A DNA stretch of 62,521 nucleotides, counting the filler, from Choristocarpus tenellus KU-1152 (Eukaryota > Protista > Phaeophyceae): the NCBI GenBank assembly GCA_964200185.2. It is 11 parts of 11 records of this genome, joined end to end, with 100 filler letters (N's around TTAATTAATTAA, not from the genome) between each part and the next. Parts side by side here need not be neighbours in the genome. Positions count along the whole stretch, not along the records: positions 1 to 5,098 come from CAXNAD020011888.1; positions 5,199 to 10,508 come from CAXNAD020011194.1; positions 10,609 to 19,482 come from CAXNAD020004237.1; 8 more parts are not named here. One strand, given 5' to 3'. The notes below the pieces were generated by a model. It searched no databases. It saw nothing but the letters and a program-made list of their open reading frames with translations, and was not told the origin of the DNA. Positions 1 through 11,686 of the stretch are shown here, one piece after another; positions within the stretch are counted from its first letter, which is position 1; each line of letters begins with the position of its first letter. A program made the translations under genes and the position numbers.

Positions 1-20
1 CCCCCCCAGATACTTTGACC
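1..20. mobile_element. MITE family B, terminal fragment
   Basis: cccccccagatactttgacc matches the right TIR of the complete B copies. Confidence 0.7.
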
Positions 21-260
21 CTCATCGCCAATATTTTTCCACTCATCAGAAAGTCTGACGAAGAGAAGTCCTTACCTCCATGCGCCCACATAGACCTTAA
101 ATTACACCCTCACATTACCCATTTCGAGTGGCAGGAAGTAGTGTTCATTGGGACTACTGCCCACAAGTCCCACTTCTTAGCACCTCAAGAGAGGCCTCGT
201 ATCACTGAGAACAGCGAGTGTGAACCACAGCGCCAGACTGCTAGTAAAAATTGATCAGTG
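21..260 (-). pseudogene. Second degenerate copy of the piggyBac-like transposase C-terminal region (paralogous to about 2080-2515, without the MITE)
   Basis: Aligns by eye with 2080-2515 (catcgccaa..., gaagtcctt, caagtccc, gagaggcctc, gagtgtgaac, agactgctag); minus strand reads 'FKVYVGA' where the other copy reads 'LYMGS'. Confidence 0.5.
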
Positions 261-263
261 AGA

Positions 264-521
264 CTGAGCCAAACCAATTCAGAGGTAGGCGGGTTTGGAC
301 CTTTTACATTCTAAGTCGTATTTCTTACCCTGCAATACACTCTACATTATTGCTTTTTGTGCACAATAGTGTACGCAAATTGATATTCCCCCTTTCCACA
401 TACAAATGGATGCCACAACTAAGCAAAGTCTCATTCTGTAATTGTACAAAAATTATATGTTTGATCTTTCTCGGGATCCTTTAGATGGAGCTCTGCCTAC
501 CTCTTATTTGATTTGGCTCAG
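264..521. mobile_element. MITE family C (about 260 bp, about 27-bp TIR CTGAGCCAAA-CAA-T-AGAGGTAGGC)
   Basis: Left ctgagccaaaccaattcagaggtaggc is inverted against right gcctacctcttatttgatttggctcag; homologous copies at 26440 and 26766. Confidence 0.75.
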
Positions 522-1019
522 TATCGAGTGCAAATCACGCCCAAGGCCCTCAAAGAATACTAACCCGCCAGTTGTGTTGCACTGGGTGCAAGGAAGGGCA
601 AGTATTGCCTTTTGGTACCTGCGCAGATCACCGGTGTGAGATACTGGTGAGATATTAACCACAGGTCCCCTCTGTCAGGTACCAAATCAGCCGCAGCGAT
701 TTGTTTGACAGCTGCTATATTTGCAAACCTAGAAAGCACAAGAAATACAGCGGTCCTTTTCTCCCCAAGAAGGGATACTTCCCTCATTTCAATAGCTCCG
801 TTTTTAGGTGTATCCGCCTGAAAATTACAAGTCGCAAAGTGGTGGATACACCTGTATTTGTTGCCTCCCCCCCCCCCCCCCCTCTCCCCCCTTCACTGTC
901 ACCATTTCCACCACCATCACCCCNNNNNNNNNNGGATACACCTGTGTTTGTTGCCTCCCCCCCCCCCCTACTTCCCCCTTCATGGTTACCTGTAGTCCAA
1001 CCATTGCGAAACATGATTT

Positions 1020-1335
1020 GAGGGAACGGTTAGTGAAGAACGTGAGTTGCTTGGTCTTAAGGTGTCTGGCATGGACCTGACCAGTGTTGCTTTCATGAAT
1101 GGTTACCTCTCATTAATAGCTTGACACAAGTGGTTGTGAGGGACATGCTTAGGTACCAGAGCCACTCGACCGTCTCCTGAGCACAGAAGCAATGGCAACC
1201 ATCCTTGTCACGGAAATGGATGACACATCGATGACAGGAGACTCTGAAGAAGTCAAGAGGATGAAGAAGGTTCTGCTGTGTGAATACAAGGGACGGGACC
1301 TGGGGACTACAGAGAAGCTGGTGGAATGCCCTGAG
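1020..1335 (+). mobile_element. Ty1/Copia reverse transcriptase relic
   Basis: 'ILVTEMDDTSMTGDSEEVKRMKKVLLCEYKGRDLG' matches the RVT_2 pattern YVDD-x-x-x-TG...F-x-x-x-DLG; flanked by stops. Confidence 0.6.
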
Positions 1336-1879
1336 TATCTTAGGGGAGAGACTTACATGGGAGGTTAAGTAGGAAAAATATTAAAAAAACATTTGCTCCG
1401 TGTTTGGGGGATGAAAACGACTCCTCTATCAGGCGAAGGAGGATAGGGGAGCGGTTTCAAAGTTTCCTCCCTGTGCTAAACATAGCATTGTGATGGGCTA
1501 CGAATAAATCTCTCTGTCGGTAGTTTTAGTTTCAACAGAAGAGCAAACTGGTGATATTGGTGCAGGTAATTTTAGGACCAGAGAAGGGAATCCAGAGCTT
1601 TGTATGAGAGCCTGAAACAATAATAAATTGACAATGAAGATGAGGAGGAAACCTACAATACCAGGAGGCGAAAATCGATCTTTTTCATAACGTAGAAAGC
1701 GTAGGTCTCTATTCTCTGACCAAAATAGTTTGGGGTAGCCTATCATGGCTGTTGCAAGGGAGGCATAGGAGTACTTGGCATAATTATCACTCAACAGTAA
1801 TGTCACAGTGTGCTCGTCTGAGAGTGTGTAATTCTGTCGAGACGAGTGTAAATCTGTCAACAAACTGTGAAGAGATTAT

Positions 1880-3500
1880 TGCAAAATGAGGAGTAGGCAT
1901 CAAGTATACCAGAAGTTATTGTAGGAGAGAAAGGAGGAGGGTATTTGTCCATCTTTTCGTCTGAGGAACAGTCATGAAGACAGAAACATAATTGAGGCAC
2001 AGACTACGCTCCCACTTTGACCCCTCTGATTGCGTTGATTGGATGTGTAGATCCTGAAGATCCTGAAGATCCTAACGATTCCATCGCCAACATTCTCCAC
2101 GTATCAGAAGGTCCGATCAAAGGAAGTCCTTTCCCCTATGAGCCCATATAGAGTGTTGGAATACACCCTCACGTTGTATATTGAGAGTGTCAGGAAGCAT
2201 GTTGTAGATGACCCAAAGTATCTTGGGGTGGGGAGGGGGTCTGCACCAGGGTGTCCATTTGGGTTATAACCAGGAAAAGTGCACTTACATTATCCATCCG
2301 ACGTATGCAATCAAAAAAATAAATAATCGCAAGATGAAAAAATTGACCCCAAATGGACAGCCGCCACCCCCTCTCAGATACTTTGAGTCAGATTTTTTTT
2401 TAGACGGTTGCCTACAAGTCCCTCTCCTGTCATTTCGAGAGAGGCCTCACAAAATTAGAAACACTGAGTGTGAACAGAGGAGTATGAGACTGCTAGCAAA
2501 AATCGGCTGCTGAGAGTATAAAGTGCAAATCAAGGCAAACATCTCTGAGATATATTCGGCTGCCCCGTGCATGGAACTAACAGCTAGGGGCAAGCACTCC
2601 CGACCTAAGATACATTCTGTTGTTATTTTCATTGTTATTTGGGGACGACTACAACCTGTGGTCAGAAACGAACTACACACTGCACCACTTCTCCTCATAC
2701 TGCTAAGTGTTATGGTACTACTAACTGTACTGTTCCTACCTTGGTTCTCACACATTGGGTTCAACACTGTCACCACTTGTCGCTCCGTGTCCTTGAGTCT
2801 TCTCCTGGAACCCACCCCTAAGTTTCCACATTGATCTTGGTCCGTCTTTTTTTGGTATAGCAGACACAGGAGAGAGTACAGGTGTACAATCCGTTGTAGT
2901 TGTCGTTTGGAATGGCATATTTGAAGTCAAATTTCTGTGCAGAGAAGTCTGACATTGACAGGGTTAAGGTTCCAACGCTCTGAAGTAATGCCAGAAGCCA
3001 CCACCTGTAACACCAGGGCAAGAGAACACTACAAATAAATACTACAACTTATGATATGAACCGTTCCCAGAATCTTACATTTATGGAATGTGTAGCTCTG
3101 ATCCATAAACTTGCAGGCCAATCATGAGGCTGGCAAACGGTGCCAGAATGGAAGAAATGTAATAAAATATTCTGGATCTCTCACTTTAGTGATTCACTTC
3201 ATGATCTGATCGAGGTCTACAAAAAGAACCTAGATATGGACATTGAATGGTCTCACAATGGCTAAATTATAATTAAATAGTCGAGCAGCGCAACTTATAA
3301 AATAAAGGACTTGAAGGTTGCAATGGCGTTTTTGAAACCGCCATAAAGACTCATCGCCTGTGACATGCTCCCCAGAATGAAGCAAACTACTTCGATGTGA
3401 AGAATTAGACATGGCGATTGAACAAGGAATAAAATGCCTTTCCCTGTCTCATCACGAACGTAGCAGAAATGAAGTGAATGCCACTTCTAGGCCCGAACAT
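1880..3500 (-). pseudogene. Degenerate, apparently intron-containing piggyBac-like (PGBD) transposase, interrupted by MITE B
   Basis: Collinear motifs on the minus strand: LHF (~3470), GEHVTGDESLWRF (D1, ~3360), PHDWPASLWIRA (~3120), KYAIPNDNY (D2, ~2905), CGNL, YMG (~2145), TKRWT..L...LL (~1955); many stops and frameshifts. Confidence 0.55.
2210..2389. mobile_element. MITE family B, complete copy with 4-bp TSD AGAT
   Basis: TIRs gacccaaagtatct / agatactttgagtc; agat at 2206-2209 and 2390-2393. Confidence 0.9.
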
Positions 3501-3586
3501 ATATCAGTAGGCAGCATTGGGGATCCAGCTGAGGAGGAAACTCGGAGGGAAAACTCCCCTTCCAACATTTGCCCTGATGACAGATA

Positions 3587-3847
3587 GAGTCAAAGTATAT
3601 ATATTAGAGGGTAGAGCTGTGTCCATTTGGGGACCAAAATCCATTGTTGCGATTTTGATGTAATTTTTGCTATTGTATTTGTTGCGAGTGTCAATATCCT
3701 TGTTCTGGACACACCTTTTCATGACGTATACATTTTACCTTATCCGAAGCATTTGGATTAGGCAAAATGTAATAAAAAACCTATGGGAAGCCAATCCCCC
3801 AACGAACAAACAGGGCAAAACTAGTACCCTCTAAGATACTTTCACTC
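3587..3847. mobile_element. MITE family A, complete copy (about 260 bp)
   Basis: TIR gagtcaaagtat..ttagagggta / taccctctaagatactttcactc; internal sequence shared with 8 other copies. Confidence 0.9.
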
Positions 3848-4599
3848 ATTGTACTAGAGTGTGTCATTCGCACTTCACGGTACTCACTCTGGATTTGACT
3901 CAACGTTCTAGAGAAAACCTCCTACATCGAGGTCTCACAGTCACGTCAAAAATAGGGTACTGCCATAGACTCTCACCCTTTAGAACCAACCATAAACATA
4001 AACAAATTCAGACAAATCACATTTACATAGGAATTGGGTACTGTCATAGAGGAATTCTTCCCCTTTCGGAACAATGAATGCAAACATATATATATATATA
4101 TAGCAAAAAATAATGTACTACAATCACATAGAAGTAAGGTACTATCACAACAAGACTCTCCCTTTCATGCAGCCAAACCCAGTTGGATATATATTGTGAT
4201 CCACTCGCTCGTATGTAGCAATCTTCCCCTCCTTTTTCCAATCTCCAAGTGTGCTCTCGTTTGCTGTTCGCAAAAGCTTCAATCTCTGACTTCTCCTGAC
4301 CCTTCTTTTGTCTCCTTGTTGAGGTACTCAGCCCGAGCGTTCAATCTCTTCTCCTTCTCCTTGTGTATTACCTCAGCCACCGTCTACACCCCTGGAAATG
4401 CTGACAGTGAAAGTCTGTGCCTGAGTAGTTACTGATCAATTTTCTGTTTACTTTTGCACCTGAAAGTGGTGATTGCAACACAGACAGGAGAAAGAGAAGA
4501 ATAGGCAGCGAGAGCACCAATGGATGAGAGGAGTGAGTATGCGAGTAAGGTGAGACTTTTTCTTCAGAAACTGGGAACACACGGAAGACACATCTACAG

Positions 4600-5098
4600 C
4601 AATCCTGCCAGGACCCTCATAATATATTCTCGAGGTCTTCCTCTTATTACTCTGAAGTCATGTTCTAGAGCACAGGCCAATAATATGTGACCCAGCACAG
4701 ACGCGAAGGTGGTGGCTTATACTCTTGCACAGCCTCAAGGTCGCACAGAGGGACCCTGAAGCCATGATCTCGAGTGCAGGCCATTGATGCAACCATATGT
4801 GAATACCCTCACTCATGGTCAAATGTTGTGTTCCTCGCGAAGGATGTGGTGTCTAAGCCACAAACGCCACGTCCTTCCCCCCCAAATTGAGAGAAGTGTA
4901 GGATGAAATGAGTCAAGGATGCCCCAAGGAATGAACAACAGTCCCTTGTGGTGAACTGAGTATTCTGTCTGGCACGAAGAGACAATTAAGACCTCCATGT
5001 TACAAACTGCTCCCAAAAGCTTGCCTTGATGTGATATGTCGGTCAGATCCACAAGCCTGTAACAGCGGATCATGATAATGGCGGATGGATCATTTCAT
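4600..5098 (-). mobile_element. Possible Copia RT/RNase H relic
   Basis: 'SRQAFGSSL' loosely resembles Copia 'YRQAVGSLMY'; heavily degraded. Confidence 0.3.
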
Positions 5099-5198
5099 NN
5101 NNNNNNNNNNNNNNNNNNNNNNNNNNNNNNNNNNNNNNNNNNTTAATTAATTAANNNNNNNNNNNNNNNNNNNNNNNNNNNNNNNNNNNNNNNNNNNN
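5099..5198. other. Artificial contig linker (N-run, TTAATTAATTAA, N-run); recurs at about 10509, 19483, 23806, 28024, 33840, 42072, 45867, 50424 and 57205
   Basis: Identical 12-mer giving stops in all six frames, embedded in N-runs, ten times in the window. Confidence 0.97.
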
Positions 5199-5467
5199 GA
5201 GGGTGGGGGGGGGGGGGGGGGGGGGGGGGGGGGTGGGGGGTGGGTTGTGCACTGGGTTGTGTTTGGTCCATTTGGGCTGGTGCGTTGGTAGTGTTGGGTT
5301 AATGTTGAGTTTCAAATATGTTTCATGATAATCTTTTGTCTGGCATCGTATCCCCACCATTTGTGCTACTTCATGTCCTCAGAATTTCCTTTCCCAACAT
5401 GATCAGTAAATATCGCTCTCCCCTCTATCTCATGGTGTGTTTCCTGGGGTGTGTTCTTCATCATCAG

Positions 5468-8400
5468 ATGAAGTTTCTCCGACGCCGATCCTCAATCAGT
5501 GAGCCTCTTATCACAGACCAAGGAGAGGATGTTGCTACATCCGCCATAACTGTCATGCCTACTGTATCGTCCTCGGTCTCTGAGGTTACTACAACCAAAC
5601 CTTCCCATTTCACTGGTGGTATCAGTGACTCATCTCCATCAGACACCACTACTGCTTGCATTGGTCCTACTGTGGTTCCCCCTCCTGACCCAGGGGTTGC
5701 TAAGAGCTGTACCCTCGACTCTGAAACACTAGCTGCACGTAGTGAATCTACAGAATCAGGTCTACCAACAGGGGAGAAGCTGGGGACTCCAAGCAGTGAT
5801 ATTGAGGGGGAGAGAAACACAGACCATGCAATAGTTGATGGTGGAAATGTGGCTCTGGATTCAGCTCTTGGGTCATTAGGGAGAATGGGTGAGGATGGGA
5901 TCACCAGTGCTAGCGTCCAGGATAGAGGGGTTTGCATTTCTAGGGAAGGTGGTGAGAAGACAGGGTCAGCCATTGTTGGTAGTGTTGGAGGGGAGGAGAC
6001 GGAGGTGGGGGGGACATGGGGCGAGGGAGATGATTTTTGGGGGACAGGGACAGGGGTGATGGATGTGAGTGGCTTGGTGAAGAAGCAGTCTTCACAAGGA
6101 AGAGTCACTCATGGGAGATTGGGGAGACTGAGGAAGACATTGAGACCGTATCAGGGTGATGAGGGTGTTGGTGTGGGTGAGGGGCCAGAGATGCTGCAAT
6201 TGGATGGGATGATGCCAGAATTTGGTGTGGAGGAGGTGATGGCAAACTTAGACTTGGATGGACTCCAGGTGAAGAGTTTTGCCAAGTTGCTGTTGCTGTA
6301 ATAATTTATTATATATACAGCAGACAGACATATATGTATGTTCCCTGCTCTTTTAAATGTATGCACAAAAACTTGATATCTGAAAGCAGGCGTGGTTTTA
6401 GATTGACCGGCATAAAGTGTGTTGACTGTGTTGAGGAAAGAAGGGGAATGTTGAAACTCTGTCTTTGAGCTGATCTCTCTGGAATTGGTTGTGGCTTATT
6501 ATTTCTCCACACCAGCTATTTTTGGCAGTCTCTATCCAAAATGCAAGTTATGAACACAACTAATTTTGAACTACACAATTTGTTTCCTCGATATCTGCAC
6601 CATTGGAATGTAATGAGTACACCGGCATCAAATGTTTGCCCATACCTCCTTGACCCTTTCCTCCTGTATTGGGATATAGTTTTTGCACACACAAAAGGTA
6701 GTGCCATCACGACCCCATTTCTCGATTCGTTTGTTTTATTTCTTCTCATTGCCATGTTTTTATTTTCTGTACTGGGTCCCCACAGTTTGTGCTGTGCTTT
6801 TTCTGTTCCATATACACATACTCTTAAGCTCTTTGATATATACAGATATATATATGTGATGTATTTCATTGTCATTTTTGGCTGTGTTGTTATTCCTTCC
6901 GCTGCTCAGGTACGCCTGATGGAACTCGTGGGGGTGACAGCAAGTGTGGCTGACTGCGGCTCATGTGCCCCTCAGTTCCCACTGGCACCTGAAACTGGAG
7001 GGGTGAGTGGAAGGTCGGACGGGTCCTTGCTACCACCTACAGCAGGATCCTTTCACAGTCAGGAGGGTGTGGGAGAGGCAACTGGACTGGGGAAACCAAC
7101 GGAAGCCATGGCAAGGGAGGCCCTGGGGCTTTGGGTAGGGTGAGTTTGTGATTGTGTGGGATAGATACATTCAGAATTTTTCTGTTTTCAGTTTAAACTT
7201 AACAGAAATGTTTCTTGTGTTGCTGTAATTGCTGCAAAATGGAGCTGTTGTGTATGTTTGCTTGGATAAAATGCTAAGTATTGTGATACTGTTGAGCTAG
7301 GAATTCAACAAGGAGCTGCAGTGATGCTCTACAATAGTTTTCTTTCCCCAAAATGTAAGTTGTCAAGGAAGCTTTAGATGACAACCTGCCCAGTAAAACC
7401 TGGTCTGAAGGGGATAATGTTGTATTTTGGCTCTCTCAGTGGTTTTACTTGTGGCTCCAATCCTAGATCGACAGGAGATGAGGTGAACAATCCCTCTAAT
7501 AATGTATTGAGCACAAGGACATCGGTACAGAAATAAAGCAAATCATTTTTGAGAACTGAAACTCCATTCCCACATACTAATTAATGTTTAGAGTTATGTT
7601 CATATATCGATCTTTGTGTATCATTTGACCAAGAGGGACCATTGAAGGGATTCAACTATTTTTTTTATTTGTGTTTGTAAGATACCATCCAGGAGATGCT
7701 GAACATCGAGAGGGAACCATGGAAACTGAGAGGAGGTTGATAGCTTGCCTAAACTTGTATTTGAAGGGGACAGGGTATTATTTTTTTCTCCTTTACGAAA
7801 GGAGAGTCGTTGTTGGCATTTGGTATCGATATTGTTGCAGTTTGCTTCTTGCCTATTAGCAGTTCGCCTGGTGTCGTCCACCTCACAAACGCCATGAAGC
7901 TGCTATAATGTGATGTTTCCACTCTGATCCTACCCTCTCACAGTGAAGTTCTTCATAATGTAGCCCCTTTCTCCCCCACACACTCCTGACACAACTCCAC
8001 GCCTCCCTATGGACCACTGTCTGTGTGTTGGATTTCGAACTGTTTGTGTTTCTGTTTGTCCCTTTGTTAGTTGCATGCTGCACAAGAGGCAGGGGAAACA
8101 GAGAGCTGCCTCTTGTTTGCCACCCAGTCCCTTTGTGGAGGCGTCTGTAATGCGTGCTTTGTTCTGCTGCAATGCAAATATCAGGTTAGAGTGAAAGCCG
8201 CTGTGTTACCAGACGGAGAAGGTGGTGTTGTGGGTGTATTTTTGGAGCGTGTGAGTGTTATCATGTTGTTAAAAGGCGGTATTTATGTGTGAGTGTCACG
8301 CTTTCGTACGGCGAGAGAATGAAGGTGTCATTTTTTTTTTCCTTTCAACTGTTTTTTTTTCATCATGCTATTGTGTATGAAAGGCAGAAGGCCTTGTCTT

Positions 8401-10438
8401 CATGTGCCGTGAGGATGACGAAACCATGGTGGGATCAGTGTTTCATCTGTGGCGAAATGTTTAAACAGGGCTTGAGCGCAAATAGCACAAACTGTGTCTT
8501 CTTGTTTTCCTTCCGCTTATTTTTCTGCTTACTGCAACACCTTGTTCTCGCAAGAATTGACACCTTTCCTGTTAGTGATGAAGAAAATCTTCTATAGATT
8601 ATGGAGCAGGTCTTATAGTGTGGTCCCTCTCCCCTATCTAGATTTTTGGAGCCCACTGGAAGCTATTCCATCAATACAAGTGCTGATTTTCATGCCATGT
8701 CCCCTACCCGCTCATTGTTATTATTTTTATTCTTTGCAATATTCTTTCTTTCCTAGAAAAGTATTGATATAACTATTTGTAACACCTCATCAACCCCCCC
8801 ACCCCCTCCCCATACATAAAATACACCCACAACACCTTGATGTTTGCACATGTCTTGATGCTCATGCCAAAATTCCTTGACAGATTGCAGGTGACCCATG
8901 CTCTTAGACAGGCATGCACAAGGGTCTCCAATGCCAGCAGTTGTACATCAGCCTCTATGTCAACCTGTGCTCAACTCAATGAGAATGAATCCGATGGCCT
9001 CAGTCACAGAAGTAGGGATTGGCGAGGGCGGGGGCACCAGGAGCGATGGCAAGTGCCTGTTCATGGGGTTGGGTTGGGGATGGGGGAACAGCCCAGAGAG
9101 ACCTTGCTTCGCATGTTGCTTAGGAATATTCCAGAAGTGGAAACTGGCTCTACCACCAATGAGACAGCTGGGTCGCGTCTGTCAATATGGCATAGATGGG
9201 GAAAGAAAGTAGGGGTTGACATGGGGCAGGTGGGGGGAAGGTCAGAGGGGGAGGCAGGACAACTTTCAGCCAGGATGGGGAGAGATTGCACGCAATTTTT
9301 TGACCTGTTGTGTGCACTTGTGAAGGACTCAATTGAGGTGAGGGGTGTGTGATCTAGGGGTTACAACACAGGGAAAATATAGTGCAAGACAGGGGGGGGG
9401 ATATAAATTTTTGTAGAGGAGTGAGGAGCGTTCTTGAAGCTGACTGTCTCAGATTGTTGCCTGGCCGCATTGGAGGAGTGAAGAACAGAGTGGTGTGATG
9501 CAAGAGGAGAATAGTTTTTTGTATTAATGAGAGGATGGAGAGGCATTTTGGTACTGGGTATGGAGTGGGTGGTTGATGTTTTAATTTCTGCATTTGTAAG
9601 ATGGGTTTGATACCTGTAGTTTTCAGCACACCAGCGCCTTGCTCAGCCCCTCTGTGCAACATGACTGGGCATATCGTTGTAGCTCATTCCATCGTGTTGA
9701 CAGATATCAGTCCCCGGGGTCAGTCATAAGACTTCAAATATGGAAATGATAATGTGCATTGGGGGCTAAGAATGCGTTGAGTGCCACAACAGCTACCCAG
9801 ATAGCCTCCTTTACAACCTTATGCATCATTCCAGAAAGAACATGTGTGGATGCTAAACTCAAGAACATCATATTTCATATGAGGACGCCATTGTGTCTGC
9901 TTAGTTGTCAACCCTCTTCCCTATTTCTGTCGCAAGTATTTCTGGCCGAGATGTATGTACCATATCCTTTCGTTTTTACTTGTACTGTGATTACAAACCT
10001 ATGCACCATTCCAGAAGCAACATGTTTGGATCTAAACTCAAATGCACCATTTTATTGCTATGAGGACAAACTATTGCTGTGCCTCTTTGGTTTTCAAACC
10101 TTGTTCTCCATCTCTGTATTTACATTGAGTACCCCACTCTATGTATAATTTAATGTGGTCATCCCCCTATTCCTTGCCCCGGTCCAATTGCCATCCTTCG
10201 TTTAAAAAAAAACTGCTTGTGCGTTTACTTGACCTGCGCAGCATTTGACCATTTGGCGTTTAAATCTGTGTTGCTGTTTTGTTTCAATGCCTTGAAGATT
10301 GATAGAAGGGGCGGGCGAAGCTGGTCTGGGGAGTTTTTTGATATCCGAGCTCTTGTGAACGATCTAGCTGAGGCACTCAAGGCCCACCCATGCAGGGAAA
10401 TACGTGGTGGCAAAGACAAGGATGCTGACACTGTACTG
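5468..10438 (+). CDS. Partial USP9/USP24 (FAF)-like ubiquitin-specific protease, N-terminal of the catalytic domain; exons 5468-6268, 6910-7139, 8071-8184, 8884-9337, 10298-10438
   Basis: Five GT-AG exons join in phase: 'EALGLWVG|CMLH', 'ALFCCNANIR|LQVTHALRQ', 'DCTQFFDLLCALVKDSIE', 'LAEALKAHPCREIRGGKDKDADTVL', resembling the USP9/24 region before the UCH domain. Truncated by contig ends. Confidence 0.6.
9811..10120. repeat. Diverged intronic tandem duplication (period about 180 bp)
   Basis: ttacaaccttatgcatcattccagaaagaacatgtgtggatgctaaactcaa at 9811 versus ttacaaacctatgcaccattccagaagcaacatgtttggatctaaactcaa at 9991. Confidence 0.75.
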
Positions 10439-10608
10439 GTGAGAATGATCTTATCGTTGGGTGTAGGTGGGGATTATGTGGCTGGGGGGGGGGGGGGGGG
10501 GGGGGGTTNNNNNNNNNNNNNNNNNNNNNNNNNNNNNNNNNNNNNNNNNNNNTTAATTAATTAANNNNNNNNNNNNNNNNNNNNNNNNNNNNNNNNNNNN
10601 NNNNNNNN

Positions 10609-11392
10609 GGTCTCGGTCTCGGTCTCGATCCCGGTCTCGAGCCCTATCCCTGTCTCTGTCTCTGTCCTTCCCTCGGTCCCTGCCCCGGTGTCTATCCCTG
10701 TCCCTGTCCCTGTCCCTATCCCTGTCTCGATCCCGATCTCTGTCCCTATCCCTGTCTCTTTCCCTCTCTTTGTCCCGATCTTGATCTCTGTCCCTATGCC
10801 TATCCTTCCCTCGTTCTTTTTCTCTTTCTCTTTCTCTGTCTCTGTCTCTTTCCCTATCCCTATCCCTGTCCCTGTCCCTGTCCCTATCCCTATCCCTCCT
10901 CTCTTTGTCGCGATCTTTACCCCGACCCTTGTCCACTTCTGAACGGCTACTATCCCTCGCCCTTTTCCTCTCCTTGTAGTGTTCCGATGATTCAGAACGT
11001 GACCGTCTATTGCTCTTCTTCGTTTCCTTGCGATCATTGTTTTCTTTACCTCCATCTTCTTTGGGAAGCGCATCCTGCCCTTCATCCTCCAAATCCCCTT
11101 CCTCCTCTTCTTCTTCCTCCTCCTCCTCATTTCCATCCTTCGGCGCCCTTTGTCCTTCTCCTACCATATCCTCCAGATCACTCCCCTCACCCTCCTCACT
11201 CTCTTGATCCTCTTCCTCTTCCTCGTCGCCAGCACCATCAGGTAAGGAGCTCCCTGAACTGTCGCTATCCCCATCAGACTCGTTCTCTACTTTACCTACT
11301 GAATAGAAGCGACCCTTGTCCATGCCACCGACATCATCAGTATCGCTCGGTGATCTTGGTCCCACTGCTTCATCCGAGACAGGGGCATTCAT
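10609..11392 (-). CDS. 5' part of an acidic, RD/RE-repeat nuclear protein (splicing-factor-like N-terminus)
   Basis: Open frame from ATG 11392 with a D/E-rich segment then (RD)n, running into the gap. Family not assignable. Confidence 0.75.
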
Positions 11393-11686
11393 CTCTCGAT
11401 ATCGTTGTTTCTAACTGGTAGAGAAATTGTCCTATCTGGTCAGAGAGTAAAAATAATCCCATAAACGATAGTTTCACGACAAATAGAAAAACAAGATCGT
11501 ATCGGAGTTATCGCTGCTCGCAAAATCGTATGTTTGGTTCTTTGAAATTTGAAAGGGTTGTGGAATGGAGGCGTTAGAGATTTGCACATGTATGTCACAT
11601 CCGCCCTCAATTTCATCTCAGCTGGATTGCCCATGCATATTGCACTACTTGTAGCGGTTGTATAGGTTGATGAAGGGGGAAATGAA

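Noticed and set aside
845-985. Direct repeat ggatacacctgt...ttgcctcccccc across a 10-N gap
   Set aside because: Flanks a scaffold gap at a poly-C tract; likely overlapping contig ends.
7682-7773. Extra exon of the USP-like gene (YHPGDAEH...)
   Set aside because: The neighbouring exons already join in phase into a better motif (EALGLWVGCML); no support without RNA data.
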